A stretch of DNA of 64,000 nucleotides from Patescibacteria group bacterium (GCA_041650335.1 JBAZLK010000006.1:5788-69787); one strand, 5' to 3'. Shown: positions 1-10,188, numbered from the stretch's first letter. Program-made: numbers and translations. The notes: generated from the sequence alone by a model not told the origin.

Positions 1-366
1 TTTGGGTGTCGGCGGCGGTAAAGGTGAGCATGCTGCCGGGCATGAGCGTATCATTTGTAAACGCTTGGCCGGGCTCCCCGAGCTTCGCGAAATCCGTTGT
101 CACCCGGTTATCAACCATTGCCTCTTCTCGCGTGGCATCGTCCAATTTAGCAAGCTCGTCTTGGGTCACGGTCCGGCTGATCATGATGTCAGTGCCGACG
201 CTTGAGAGCGGATTCAAAACAGTCTTTTGGGCGGCCGAAAGACTCTGTGAGACGGAAATAATCGCGATGATGATGGCACCGGCCACGGCCAGCCCCAGGG
301 AGACCGTGATTGTCTTGCCTGGCCGATGTAAAAGTTCGCCTTTCAAGTAACGAAGAACAAACATGT
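1..366 (-). CDS. ABC transporter permease, FtsX/MacB-like, N-terminal part; gene continues beyond window start
   Basis: Reverse-strand translation from ATG at 366-364 gives MFVLRYLKGELLHRPGKTITVSLGLAVAGAIIIAIISVSQSLSAAQKTVLNPLSSVGTDIMISRTV..., a typical FtsX-family N-terminal TM helix plus periplasmic loop. No stop before position 1. The + strand ORF 6..350 is low-complexity and is treated as a shadow. Confidence 0.45.
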
Positions 367-538
367 GTGTGGTGGTAGTAAATCAGAAATAAATATTTCA
401 ACGTGATAAATGAAGGGTGTCTGTGGATAAGTGTAAACAGCAAAACTGAAACAAAGCTGAAGAAGTGTTCAATAAATATAAAAAACACTCTGTTCGACAA
501 GAGAGTTTATATTGTCGTATTATGAGACGAAACGTGTC

Positions 539-1153
539 TTAGAATCCCAGAACTTCATTCGCCAGAATCAGCTGAAACGATCGACGGGGGGATGTTTCGC
601 GTTCAAATATTAGGATTTTACCAATCGTGCTTCCCGGGAGGCCGTTTTTCTTCATCCGCTGATCTTCAAGCGGCAAACAATAATCACGGATCCGCTTCAA
701 TCCGTCTTCAAGCGTGGGGACGATTTTTTGCGTTCCGGCCACCCAGATGACGTGCGGACTGGAAAAAGCATAGGCCGGTATTTGGCTACCCGTGTTTGAG
801 GCGAAAAGCACCTGCCCGGTTTCCGTTATGGCCTGGACGCTGCCAATGTAATAATCTGCCAACGTTGCCTGTCTCCGCAAAAGCGATTGCTTGACTGGAT
901 CCTTTTCTGCCAGGAGCTTGTCTTTTACATTGTTCCAGGGATGCTGACCATTTTTCAATAACTCAGTAAAACCGATTTGCTCGAGGGTGGTCGAGCCGCC
1001 GGTCATAAGTTCGACGCCCTTGGGAAGAAGTTTCCGTAATTCTTCGAGCGCCTGATCCTTGGTATCGGCCAATTGAACCTGAATGCCACGCGTGGCCAAG
1101 GCTGTCAGTGTGTGCGCAAGCTGTTTTTTGTTCGGTCGAATATTGTATGGCAT
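539..1153 (-). CDS. LUD-domain protein (LutC/YkgG family)
   Basis: 204 aa. Overall similarity to DUF162/LUD lactate-utilisation family proteins (GSTTLEQIG, VIWVAGTQKIVPTLEDGLKRIRDY). Confidence 0.5.
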   Translation of the reverse strand: MPYNIRPNKKQLAHTLTALATRGIQVQLADTKDQALEELRKLLPKGVELMTGGSTTLEQIGFTELLKNGQHPWNNVKDKLLAEKDPVKQSLLRRQATLADYYIGSVQAITETGQVLFASNTGSQIPAYAFSSPHVIWVAGTQKIVPTLEDGLKRIRDYCLPLEDQRMKKNGLPGSTIGKILIFERETSPRRSFQLILANEVLGF

Positions 1154-1245
1154 GGTTCGGCTAAGTAAAGATAATTACGTCAGATCGTTTTTGCTATGTC
1201 ACTATTATATCACGAATGTGTATTCCGCTCGCGGGACGAAGGTAG

Positions 1246-1626
1246 CTAGCCAGTTTGACCGGTTACGCCGCCGACAATGAAGCTAACGAATGCCCAGGCG
1301 AGTAAGACGATGATCAGACCAACGATCGCGCCAGAGATGGTCCGCTTGGCTGAATTGATACGCTCCTCGTCGCCGCCTGAAACCAACCAGAGGAAACCGC
1401 CGAATATAATCATAATTACGGCGACAAGCGCGAGAAAACTGAGGGCATACCGGATAATGTTGACGACAATATCTGGTAAACTCGCGGTCGTGGAAAAACC
1501 AAGCTGGTCACCGTAATTGTTGATAACGAGACTCAAGTGAGCGGGTGGTGTTGTCGTGAGTGAAGTGTTCATATCGCAATGAATAAAAAATGTTTCAAAT
1601 ACGATTTTCAGAAGGCCGATCGACAA
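1246..1626 (-). CDS. TrbC/VirB2-like pilin (CPR-type conjugative/T4SS-like pilin)
   Basis: Pattern ...IIRYALSFLALVAVIMIIFGGFLWLVSGGDEERINSAKRTISGAIVGLIIVLLAWAFV matches the IIxGGxxYxxSxGDxxxxxxAKxxIxxAIIGLxIVL signature of the abundant Patescibacteria TrbC-like pilins. The true start is probably MNTSL at 1572. Confidence 0.5.
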   Translation of the reverse strand: MSIGLLKIVFETFFIHCDMNTSLTTTPPAHLSLVINNYGDQLGFSTTASLPDIVVNIIRYALSFLALVAVIMIIFGGFLWLVSGGDEERINSAKRTISGAIVGLIIVLLAWAFVSFIVGGVTGQTG

Positions 1627-1711
1627 TCATGGTGCTCGGCGATGCGTGAAAAGAAACGAAGTCTCGGTGAGGAGTGTCCGCCGGTGGAACAGAAATATTG
1701 TTGCGGCCGGT

Positions 1712-2737
1712 TCAGGTCCGGCCAGCCGGCAGACGGACAGTCACGATCGTGCCTTTACCGAGTTCGCTCTTCACTTCGATCGTGCCGTGGTGCTGTTCAA
1801 CGATCTGTTTGGCGATCGGGAGTCCGAGGCCAAAGCCCTCGACGCGATGTTTTGAACGTGAGACGTCAGCGCGATAAAAACGGTCGAAAATATGGGGTAA
1901 ATCGGTCGCGCGGATGCCAAGGCCGTGGTCAGCAATCGTGATCGTGGTCCGGCCAGCCTTGGTTTGCGAACTGATTTCCACGTTCGTCTTGTCGGGACTG
2001 TACTTGATTGCATTATCAAGTAAAATAACGAGAAGTTCTACCAGGCTGTGGCTGTCGCCGAGGACGGTGCCGTCGAGCGCCTTTCGTTTGAGTGTAATAC
2101 CTTTCTTCTTAGCTAAACTGGCCACGCGCTGGATCGCTTCGTCGCTGGCAGAAGCTATTGATACAGTCGTGGTTGGTTGGCTGTGTCCGTTATTATCATG
2201 TCGAGCCAGTCGCAAGAGGCCGGTCGTCAAACCCTCAAGTCGCTGAACCTCCTCCAGGTTGCTTCGTAAGATGTCACGAAAATCATGATCATTGGCAGCA
2301 GCGTCGCGCAGCGCCACCTCGATCTCAGTCCGCATAGCCGTGAGCGGTGTCCGAAGCTCATGCGAGGCGTCGGCTGTGAATTGGCGCTGTGTCTCGAGAT
2401 TGTCCTCAATTGGCTTTAAGACGCGCCGGGCCAGGAAATAGCTGATGGCGCCGGCCACAAGAAGAATCGCGCCGTTTAAAATGATTAGGGTTGTGCGAAG
2501 CTGGTTTCGTACCTCGATAATCTGGGCTTGAAGAAATTCTTCCTCGATCGGGTTGAATATCATCGGCGGCGGATAGTCATCGTCGCGGCTGCGAAAAATT
2601 TCGGCTTGATGTCGGAGACCAACGCCAATCTGGCCAGGCGATATTTGATAGATAGCGACACTGAAGGAAATACTGAGGCACATCATGATGAGCGTGTACC
2701 AGCCAGCCAGACGAAGCGTCGGAGCGTTTAATTTCAT
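1712..2737 (-). CDS. Two-component sensor histidine kinase
   Basis: Two N-terminal TM segments, H-box SHELRTPLTAMRTEIEVAL, and a HATPase_c C-terminus (GLGLPIAKQIVEQHHGTIEV). Confidence 0.85.
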   Translation of the reverse strand: MKLNAPTLRLAGWYTLIMMCLSISFSVAIYQISPGQIGVGLRHQAEIFRSRDDDYPPPMIFNPIEEEFLQAQIIEVRNQLRTTLIILNGAILLVAGAISYFLARRVLKPIEDNLETQRQFTADASHELRTPLTAMRTEIEVALRDAAANDHDFRDILRSNLEEVQRLEGLTTGLLRLARHDNNGHSQPTTTVSIASASDEAIQRVASLAKKKGITLKRKALDGTVLGDSHSLVELLVILLDNAIKYSPDKTNVEISSQTKAGRTTITIADHGLGIRATDLPHIFDRFYRADVSRSKHRVEGFGLGLPIAKQIVEQHHGTIEVKSELGKGTIVTVRLPAGRT

Positions 2738-2745
2738 AAAAAAAT

Positions 2746-3438
2746 TTAGGCGGTTAACTGATAGCCAAATCCGCGAACAGTAGTGATCATTGGTTTGCCC
2801 GGGAACGGCTGATCAATCTTCTTTCGGAGCGAAGCAATAAACGCCTCGACCGTGTTTGGTAAAATATCGGAGTCAAAATCCCAGACATGCTGGATGATTT
2901 GATCTTTCGAGATTGTCCGGCCGGCATTCCTCATCAGATAGTCAAGCAGGGCAAACTCTTTTTTTGAAAGAGGAATACGCGTACCGGCACGCTTCACTTC
3001 AAAGGCGCGGGCATCGAGCTCGAGTTCGCCATGGCGCAGCACCGTACCGACGGTCTTGTCCGGCCGGCGAAGAAGCGCCCGGATTCGAGCCAGCAACTCC
3101 TCGAAAGAAAACGGTTTGACGAGATAGTCATCGGCGCCGCCGTCAAGTCCCTCGACGCGATCATTTGTTTTGTCGCGGGCGGTCAGAACGAGAATCGGCT
3201 GGTGCAAGCCCTTGGCCCGCATGGCTTGGCAAATATCCAGGCCGTCGCGGACGCCAGGCAGCATGCGATCGAGGATAAGCAGGTCAAACTGTCCGCGCAA
3301 CGCGCGTGCCATGCCCTGCTCGCCGTCAAAGACTGCGTCGACCGCGAATGACTCCTGTTCAAGGCCGCGCTTCAGCGCCTGAGCGATTTTATGTTCATCT
3401 TCGATAATGAGGATTCTCATGTTTACAGAATAAAACAC
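2746..3438 (-). CDS. OmpR-family response regulator
   Basis: Receiver domain (MRILIIEDEHKIA...DLLILDRMLPG) plus a winged-helix trans_reg_C C-terminus (TVRGFGYQL). Adjacent to the kinase. Confidence 0.9.
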   Translation of the reverse strand: MFYSVNMRILIIEDEHKIAQALKRGLEQESFAVDAVFDGEQGMARALRGQFDLLILDRMLPGVRDGLDICQAMRAKGLHQPILVLTARDKTNDRVEGLDGGADDYLVKPFSFEELLARIRALLRRPDKTVGTVLRHGELELDARAFEVKRAGTRIPLSKKEFALLDYLMRNAGRTISKDQIIQHVWDFDSDILPNTVEAFIASLRKKIDQPFPGKPMITTVRGFGYQLTA

Positions 3439-3566
3439 AATTCTGAATTATTACTGAATATTATACTACCAAGGGAAAAATGTGCCTCATTGAAGCAAAT
3501 AGTAGCGCTAATAATAGCCATTTATATTATTTATCCCTGTTAATAACTCTGTCGCCAAAGTCGTGC

Positions 3567-5588
3567 TTATGCGGTCGTGGGCGCGGCAAATTGGCTATTA
3601 TACAGGGAGGCATAATAGCCATCCCGGGCGAGCAGTTCCTCGTGTTTCCCTTGTTCGACAATGTTGCCGTCGCGGATGACCAGGATAAGGTCGGCGTGAC
3701 GGATGGTTGAGAGTCGGTGGGCGATCACGAAGCTCGTCTTACCGCGCATGAGCCGTTCCATAGCTTGCTGAATCAACACCTCAGTGCGGGTATCAACCGA
3801 GCTTGTGGCTTCGTCAAGGATGAGCATTGGCGTTTTTATGAGCATTGCCCGCGCAATCGTCAGAAGCTGCTTCTCGCCCTGTGAAACATTATCCGCTTCC
3901 TCGCCGAGCATCATGTCATAGCCATGCGGGAGCGAGCGGACAAAATGATCGACATGCGCTGCTTTGGCCGCTTCAACAATCTCCGCCTCAGACGCGTCCG
4001 GCTTGCCGTAGGCAATGTTCTCGCGGATTGTGCCGTTAAAAAGCCAGGTGTCTTGAAGGACCATGCCGAACAACCGGCGGACGCTCGAACGCTTCAACGT
4101 CCGGGTGTCGACGCCGTCAATTTTTATCGAGCCGCTGTTGACGTCGTAGAATCGCATCAGCAGATTAACAAGGGTGGTTTTTCCGGCGCCAGTCGGTCCG
4201 ACAATGGCCACGCGCTGGCCGGGATGGATCTTCGCGGTGAAATCCTTGATGATGGTTTTGCCCGTATCATAGCCGAAGACGACGTGATCAAATTCGACGG
4301 CACCGCTCACCCGGGCCAAGTCTTGGACATCCATCGGCTCGGCTGTTTCTTCGGCCTCAGCCAAAAACTCAAATACCCGCTCAGCCGAGGCCGCGGTCGA
4401 CTGAAAAACATTTGCGATATTGGCCGTCTGAGCAATCGGCTGGGTGAAGAGATTGAGATATTGGATAAACGCCTGAATGTCCCCGATGTTTACACGGCCG
4501 TTGATCGCCAGCCAGCCGCCGAGCACAGAGACGGCGACGAAATTTAAATTGCCGATAAAATTCATGAGCGGAAACATCAAGCCGGAGAGAAACTGAGACT
4601 TCCAGGCGCTTCGGTAGAGATCGTTATTAATGCCGATGAATTTCGCGATGGAGCGTTGCTGGCCGTTGAAAACCTTCATGACGCTGTGGCCGCTATACAT
4701 TTCTTCAATATGGCCGTTGATATGACCGAGCGTGTCTTGCTGCTCTGTAAAATACCGCTGGGAGCGCTTTGTGATCAGCGCGATCACGCCAAAACTGATC
4801 GGCAACGCAATAACAGAAACTAGCGTCAGCTGCCAACTGATCGATAGCATCATGGCCAGAACGCCAATAATCATAGTGGCGGAGGTGACCACTTGGGTCA
4901 GGCTCTGATTCAGCGTCTGGCTGACCGTATCGACATCATTGGTAACGCGGCTTAAGACCTCGCCATGAGTCTGTGTATCGAAATATTTCAGGGGCATCCG
5001 ACCGATTTTTGTAGAGATATCACTTCGAAACCGGTAACTAATCTTCTGTGACACGTTTGTCATAACCCAACCCTGGATATAGCTAAACAGCGCGCTTAAG
5101 CCATATAGAAGCAGCAACTCTTCAGCGATCGTAATGAGCTTGTCGTAGTGAAAGATTGGCTTGGTGGACAAGTCGAGCGACTTGATAGCGTTCAACGCAG
5201 TGGAGGGTATTTTATCGACCACGGTCGGTGGCAAACGCTGAATGAGCTGTTCCCCGGTCGTGCCCGGCGGCAGTTGTTTCGTCAATTCGGTATAGGCGGT
5301 GCGATCGATGAAATCCGTCACGACCTGGTTTGTCATTCGGCCAAGGATCTTCGGGCTGACAATGGCGAAAACAGTGCTGGCGATGGCAAACACGAGGACC
5401 ACGATGATTTGAATCCAAAACGGACGCAAGTACGAAATCAACTGTCGCATGGTTCGTTTGAAATTCTTGGCCTTCGCCCCAGCCACCATCATACCCATGG
5501 GGCCACCGCGACCCATTGGTCCGAATCGGCCGGGTGGTGTCGGCGGAAGATTGCCGGCGGTTGAGGTTGTTCGCGGCTGTTCGCTCAT
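3567..5588 (-). CDS. ABC transporter ATP-binding/permease fusion (exporter, MsbA/MdlB-like)
   Basis: Six-TM domain followed by an NBD with Walker A GPTGAGKTT, signature LSQGEKQLL and Walker B ILDEATSSVD. Gly/Pro/Met-rich N-terminal extension. Confidence 0.9.
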   Translation of the reverse strand: MSEQPRTTSTAGNLPPTPPGRFGPMGRGGPMGMMVAGAKAKNFKRTMRQLISYLRPFWIQIIVVLVFAIASTVFAIVSPKILGRMTNQVVTDFIDRTAYTELTKQLPPGTTGEQLIQRLPPTVVDKIPSTALNAIKSLDLSTKPIFHYDKLITIAEELLLLYGLSALFSYIQGWVMTNVSQKISYRFRSDISTKIGRMPLKYFDTQTHGEVLSRVTNDVDTVSQTLNQSLTQVVTSATMIIGVLAMMLSISWQLTLVSVIALPISFGVIALITKRSQRYFTEQQDTLGHINGHIEEMYSGHSVMKVFNGQQRSIAKFIGINNDLYRSAWKSQFLSGLMFPLMNFIGNLNFVAVSVLGGWLAINGRVNIGDIQAFIQYLNLFTQPIAQTANIANVFQSTAASAERVFEFLAEAEETAEPMDVQDLARVSGAVEFDHVVFGYDTGKTIIKDFTAKIHPGQRVAIVGPTGAGKTTLVNLLMRFYDVNSGSIKIDGVDTRTLKRSSVRRLFGMVLQDTWLFNGTIRENIAYGKPDASEAEIVEAAKAAHVDHFVRSLPHGYDMMLGEEADNVSQGEKQLLTIARAMLIKTPMLILDEATSSVDTRTEVLIQQAMERLMRGKTSFVIAHRLSTIRHADLILVIRDGNIVEQGKHEELLARDGYYASLYNSQFAAPTTA

Positions 5589-7360
5589 AGGGCCTCCGGT
5601 GCGAGATTACCGTTTTTAGAATTCTGGAAGCGTCCGCGAAGTTCTTCTTCCGAGAGTTGCGAGAGCGCAATTTCCCGATAGACGGGGCATGATTTCATTA
5701 GCTCGGCGTGTTTACCCTGGCCGACGATCCGGCCTTCGTCGAGAACAATAATCTTGTCGGCATCCATGATCGTGCTGATTCGTTGGGCCACAATCAGAAC
5801 AGTTTGGCCGCGCGTTTCTGCTTTCAGGGCGTGGCGCAGGCGCGCGTCAGTAGCAAAGTCAAGCGCTGAAAAGCTGTCGTCAAAAATAATGATCTCGGGT
5901 CGGCGGATTAAGGCCCGGGCGATGGACAGACGCTGTTTTTGACCGCCTGATACGTTTGTTCCGCCCTGAGCGATCGGCGACTCATACGCACCAGGGAGGT
6001 TGGCTACGAACTCTTTCGCCTGGGCGACGTCAACCGCGTGTTTAACGTCCTCATCTGTTACGTGGGGTGCACCGTATTTTAGATTTGAAGTCACGCTGCC
6101 GGAAAAGAGGATGCCTTTCTGTGGCACATAGCCGATCTTGGCGTAGAGGTCTTCCTGGCGCATCTGTCGGATGTCGACCCCGTCGACGCGGATAACACCG
6201 TCGGACACGTCGTAAAAACGCGGTATTAAATTGATCAGGGTTGATTTGCCACTGCCGGTACTGCCGACAAAAGCCGTTGTCTGTCCGGACTGAGCGGTAA
6301 AGGTGATATTTTCGAGAACCGCTGTGTCAGCGCCGGGGTATGTAAACGTAACATGGTCGAATTCAACCTGTCCGGTGGCATTCGCTGGCGTTACGGGTTG
6401 GTCAGGGTCGGTGATAGTCGCTTCGGTCTCGAGCACTTCGGCCACGCGCTGGGCCGAAACAGAGGCGCGCGGCACCATGATAAAGATGATCGATATCATC
6501 AGGAAGGAAAAAATCACCTGGCTGGCATAAATCATAAAGGCCATCATGCCGCCGATCTGCAGGCTGCCCGACTCAATGAGGTGTGCGCCCACCCAAACGA
6601 TGCCGACCGCCGTTACGTTCAAAATCAGCATCATGATCGGCTGCATAACCACCATTAAACGATTAACGAACAGGTTGACGCCGGTTAGATCGACGTTGGC
6701 CGCGTCAAACTTTTTTTCTTCATAGGCTTCGCGATTGAATGCACGAATCACGCGCAATCCTGTCAAAATCTCGCGCGTCACGAGGTTCAGCCGGTCAACC
6801 AATTTTTGCAGGCGTCTAAATCGCGGCAGGGCGATGGAAAACAAAACCACAATAATCGTCAGGAGCACGCCGACGGCTAAGCCCATGATCCAGGTCATGG
6901 AGGGAGCGTTTTGGTAGGCCTTTGCGATTGCCCAGATGCCCATAATCGGCGCCATGAGCGCGAGACGGAGAATCATGACGAGAACCATCTGAATCTGCTG
7001 GATATCATTCGTCGAACGGGTGATGAGTGAGGCCGTGGAAAAGGTATTAAACTCGGTCAGAGAAAAGCTCTCAACTTTGGTAAATACCCGTTCGCGGATC
7101 GTCTTGGCGAAGCCAGTGGCGATGCGGGCGGCAAAATAGCCGACCACAATGTTGGCCAAGCCGCCGCCCAGCGCCATGGCCAGCATCAGCGCACCGGTTG
7201 TCCAGACGAGATGTGAATTTTGGCCGACAATGCCATCGTTGATGATTTTGGCCATGTAGTCTGGCAGCGTCAGATTGGCGGCGACCATCAAGAAAACCAT
7301 TGCGATGAGGACGAGCAATTGCCAAACATACGGTTTAAAATATGAGAGAAGTTTTTTCAT
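5585..7360 (-). CDS. ABC transporter ATP-binding/permease fusion (partner half-transporter)
   Basis: TMD plus NBD (GSTGSGKST, LSGGQKQRL, IIFDDSFSALD). Overlaps the upstream gene by 4 nt, as is typical of a heterodimeric exporter pair. Confidence 0.9.
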   Translation of the reverse strand: MKKLLSYFKPYVWQLLVLIAMVFLMVAANLTLPDYMAKIINDGIVGQNSHLVWTTGALMLAMALGGGLANIVVGYFAARIATGFAKTIRERVFTKVESFSLTEFNTFSTASLITRSTNDIQQIQMVLVMILRLALMAPIMGIWAIAKAYQNAPSMTWIMGLAVGVLLTIIVVLFSIALPRFRRLQKLVDRLNLVTREILTGLRVIRAFNREAYEEKKFDAANVDLTGVNLFVNRLMVVMQPIMMLILNVTAVGIVWVGAHLIESGSLQIGGMMAFMIYASQVIFSFLMISIIFIMVPRASVSAQRVAEVLETEATITDPDQPVTPANATGQVEFDHVTFTYPGADTAVLENITFTAQSGQTTAFVGSTGSGKSTLINLIPRFYDVSDGVIRVDGVDIRQMRQEDLYAKIGYVPQKGILFSGSVTSNLKYGAPHVTDEDVKHAVDVAQAKEFVANLPGAYESPIAQGGTNVSGGQKQRLSIARALIRRPEIIIFDDSFSALDFATDARLRHALKAETRGQTVLIVAQRISTIMDADKIIVLDEGRIVGQGKHAELMKSCPVYREIALSQLSEEELRGRFQNSKNGNLAPEAL

Positions 7361-7426
7361 TAAACGGTAATCGATAAGAATTAAGCAAGTCGGCGGTTTC
7401 GGCGCAGACTTTTATTACCCAGCCCG

Positions 7427-7681
7427 TTATTTGCGTCCGGTTTTTTTCAGGATATCCCGGAGTCCGGCTAACTGACTGGACAGGTGGGCGGCGAAACGTT
7501 CGACGTTGGCCATTTTCATGAGTACCACCGTGTTGTGACCCATGCTGAAAACCATGAGACGTTCGCCCTTGGCCAAAGCTAGACTTTGACGTGCATCGGC
7601 TGGGATAACAACTTGGCCTTTTTCGCCCAAGGTGGTGGTGCCATAAAAATGGCAGTGGTGTTGACGTGATTGAGACGTCAT
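7427..7681 (-). CDS. AbrB/MazE/SpoVT-type DNA-binding protein
   Basis: 84 aa. GEKGQVVIPADARQSLALAKGERLMVF matches the looped-hinge-helix (SpoVT_AbrB) fold motif. Confidence 0.5.
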   Translation of the reverse strand: MTSQSRQHHCHFYGTTTLGEKGQVVIPADARQSLALAKGERLMVFSMGHNTVVLMKMANVERFAAHLSSQLAGLRDILKKTGRK

Positions 7682-7876
7682 ATCTTCCTTTTATTAGGAT
7701 TATTTAGTGTCTTGCATATTCCTACAAGTAGGAAACGTAGGAATAGGCACAGTATAGCAGGCGCGGGCGGGGTGTCAAGGGGTAACAAAAAACCACTGGG
7801 AAAGCGGTAGTTTGTTTGAGCGGAAACAGCTCGGTCTTTGTTTTTTTCACAGCGCTAGAGCAGCGGGATGTTTCGT

Positions 7877-8416
7877 TTAATTTCGGTGGAGCAAAGAACG
7901 AAGCGCTGCCGCAAGGCCAGCCAGGAAGATAAGACCCCCGGCTGTCTCGAGCCACGCTTGGAGCGCTCCAGGCTTCGGTGTTATCCAAGCGAACGCAGCC
8001 GAGAGAATGACCGCTAGGTAATAGTCGATTGGAAAACCCAGGAACCAGCGCCGGAACCACCAGACATATTTGGCGCTATAGCGTCGGAGGCCATAAGCCG
8101 GATTCACGACGAACCAGAGAAAGTCCCAGACCGCCACGAGAAGAAGATACGACGCGAGTACCGTTAGTTCTTTTGCCCAAGACCACTCGGTCCAGAGTAC
8201 AGGGTAATGGAAGAATAACAGAAGAAAGGCGGTCAGGGCGAGGTGGTAGCCAGTCACCGGCCGGCCGGCCGAGAAGCGAACAATCCAGCCCTTGGTGACG
8301 CGCCAGGTCGGAAGCTTCGCGGCCCAGCCGTTGTTTCCCTCAATCTGGACCTCCAGGTAGGCGAGGATCAGGGCGAGAAAGAAAAGGTAAATTGTGCTCG
8401 TAATATTTCCCAACAT
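7877..8416 (-). CDS. hypothetical polytopic membrane protein
   Basis: 179 aa with 5-6 predicted TM helices, Trp/Phe-rich. No recognisable family. Confidence 0.4.
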   Translation of the reverse strand: MLGNITSTIYLFFLALILAYLEVQIEGNNGWAAKLPTWRVTKGWIVRFSAGRPVTGYHLALTAFLLLFFHYPVLWTEWSWAKELTVLASYLLLVAVWDFLWFVVNPAYGLRRYSAKYVWWFRRWFLGFPIDYYLAVILSAAFAWITPKPGALQAWLETAGGLIFLAGLAAALRSLLHRN

Positions 8417-8513
8417 ACGATTATTATATCACGACTGGGATACGGAAAAAACCTTGCTAATGCAACTAAAAAAGCCGTTCCAGGTGATTATCGGAGCGGA
8501 TACTTGTTTTGAT

Positions 8514-8589
8514 TGGTGCGCCCAGAGGGATTCGAACCCCCGACCGTTTGCTTAAGAGGCAACTGCTCTACCAGCTGAGCTATGGGCGC
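8514..8589 (-). tRNA. tRNA-Lys (anticodon CUU)
   Basis: The reverse complement folds as a cloverleaf GCGCCCA/TGGGCGC with an anticodon loop CTCTTAA and a T-arm GGGGGTTCGAATCCCTC. CCA is encoded. Confidence 0.85.
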
Positions 8590-8667
8590 GTGAAGCTGAT
8601 TGCTTCGACTAATATAGCTTAATTGCCGATATATTTCAAGGGTAAAAAAACGAGGGCGGGGAAGCCC

Positions 8668-9228
8668 TCAGGCGGACTGAGCAAAGACGGTCGCATCGAT
8701 CGGATAGTGTCGGCGGCGAAGTACCTGCAGCAGATTGTTCAGACAATCAGGCGGTCGGTCGAGAATGGCCGTCACTTGTTCTCCGAGCTCGCTTAGCACG
8801 CGGTGGACGCAAGTCGATCCGTCGCCGTTCGTTCCCTTGGCGGCCAGGTAGGCGCCGCAGAGTGTGTTTGGCCGAACTTGCGGCAAGGCTTCAATGATAG
8901 CCAAGGCGCGACCGAGCGCGAGCGGATCGGCTGGTCCTCCTTCGCCCCAGAACCAGGCGCCGCGAAACCGCTTCGAGTCCGGTTCGAAAGCGGCGAAGCC
9001 GATACCGACGCACTGATGCTCATCGAGACCAATGAATGGTTCAACGAACAATTCTGTTCCGTTAATTCCCTCCTCATACACCCGTTTGATGCCGGCAGAC
9101 CCATAATGGATGATCGGTCGTGAGGCTGTTCTGCGTCGCATAGCCCCCTCCTTATCGGAAGGATGGTGCCCAGAGATGGTGTGCTCGAAGAAGCCTTTTA
9201 TCGTATCACAGCTTCGTTGGTGGTACAA
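8668..9228 (-). CDS. hypothetical protein in GC-rich block
   Basis: 186 aa ORF; the likely start is the internal MRRRTASRP. About 63% GC against about 52% for flanking DNA. Contains a WFWGEGGPADPLALGRAL motif faintly reminiscent of NADAR/YbiA-like WGxGG proteins, unverified. Confidence 0.35.
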   Translation of the reverse strand: MYHQRSCDTIKGFFEHTISGHHPSDKEGAMRRRTASRPIIHYGSAGIKRVYEEGINGTELFVEPFIGLDEHQCVGIGFAAFEPDSKRFRGAWFWGEGGPADPLALGRALAIIEALPQVRPNTLCGAYLAAKGTNGDGSTCVHRVLSELGEQVTAILDRPPDCLNNLLQVLRRRHYPIDATVFAQSA

Positions 9229-9331
9229 ATATTATTTTCTCCATTTTTTTAATTCGGGTCATATTCATAATAAAAAAATTGCCCAGACACACGAAATGTC
9301 GGGCAGGTTGTGCGATAGAACGATGCACGGA

Positions 9332-10075
9332 TCACTTCTGGGAGGTGGTGATCCTGATCCAGTCCTGGTCCGTAGCCTTCGGCTTGATCGCTTGAGAACC
9401 CCGCTCACAGAGCAGGCAGCCATCGGTGCCGGCCGGGTCCCAGTCGCGGACCCGCATTTCCACTACGGGCAGGATCGGGAAAGTGCCGACGTCGTCAATC
9501 GTGATCTCGCTGAGGCCGCCGCGGTTGATGATGACGGGGTCGCAGGGGAAGAAAACAGCCTGATCATGCAGGGAGCGGATGTGGATGACTGCCTCAGTGA
9601 AACCCGTGCCGCGCGTGCAGAAATCCTCCACCAGCAGCAAGACGTCGTTTGCCCGGAGAGCGGAGACGAGCTGGATCCGGCCGTCCACCTTCTGCATCTC
9701 GATCAGGTCGAGACCGAGGATTTCCGCCAGATGCTTACCCAGTATGGTCGCGCCGTCCGGCACGCCAGCCACACAGGTCGGACGAGGATTGGACGCGAAG
9801 GCCTCGATGCGTCGGGCCATCTGGCCGGCGATGATGCGTTGGATGTTCTCGGCCGCCAGCAGGATGCGGGAGACGAAGAACCCATCACTGTGCAGGCCTG
9901 ACTTGAGGAGAGCGTGCAGTCCAGGCCGACCCTCCTCCAGCGCGCCATAGTCGTAGGTCCAGTAGGCGCCCAGTTCCTGGGCGATGTGCACCACTTCCTC
10001 CGGGGTCAGATTGCCGGTGACCTCCTTCGGGTCGAGGGCCAGTAGTCGTTCTCGGTCCAGGTCGAGAATGTTCAT
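9332..10075 (-). CDS. type I phosphoribosyltransferase (PRTase) domain protein
   Basis: PRPP-binding motif DVLLLVEDFCTRGTG and OPRT-like architecture. GC-rich, co-located with the preceding hypothetical. Confidence 0.6.
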   Translation of the reverse strand: MNILDLDRERLLALDPKEVTGNLTPEEVVHIAQELGAYWTYDYGALEEGRPGLHALLKSGLHSDGFFVSRILLAAENIQRIIAGQMARRIEAFASNPRPTCVAGVPDGATILGKHLAEILGLDLIEMQKVDGRIQLVSALRANDVLLLVEDFCTRGTGFTEAVIHIRSLHDQAVFFPCDPVIINRGGLSEITIDDVGTFPILPVVEMRVRDWDPAGTDGCLLCERGSQAIKPKATDQDWIRITTSQK

Positions 10076-10188
10076 AGACTTCCTTTCGGTTCGGGGTTGA
10101 CGGTTGCGCGATCGTTCCGGAGCGACCCCATCTTAACACGATAGAAAACTAAGTCAATAAATTGAGCTATATCAAAAAAATATTAAAA

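Noticed and set aside
6-350. + strand 114-aa ORF at the window start
   Set aside because: It is low-complexity Ser/Ala/Val-rich. The opposite strand encodes a convincing FtsX-family permease N-terminus from ATG 366, so this ORF is a shadow.
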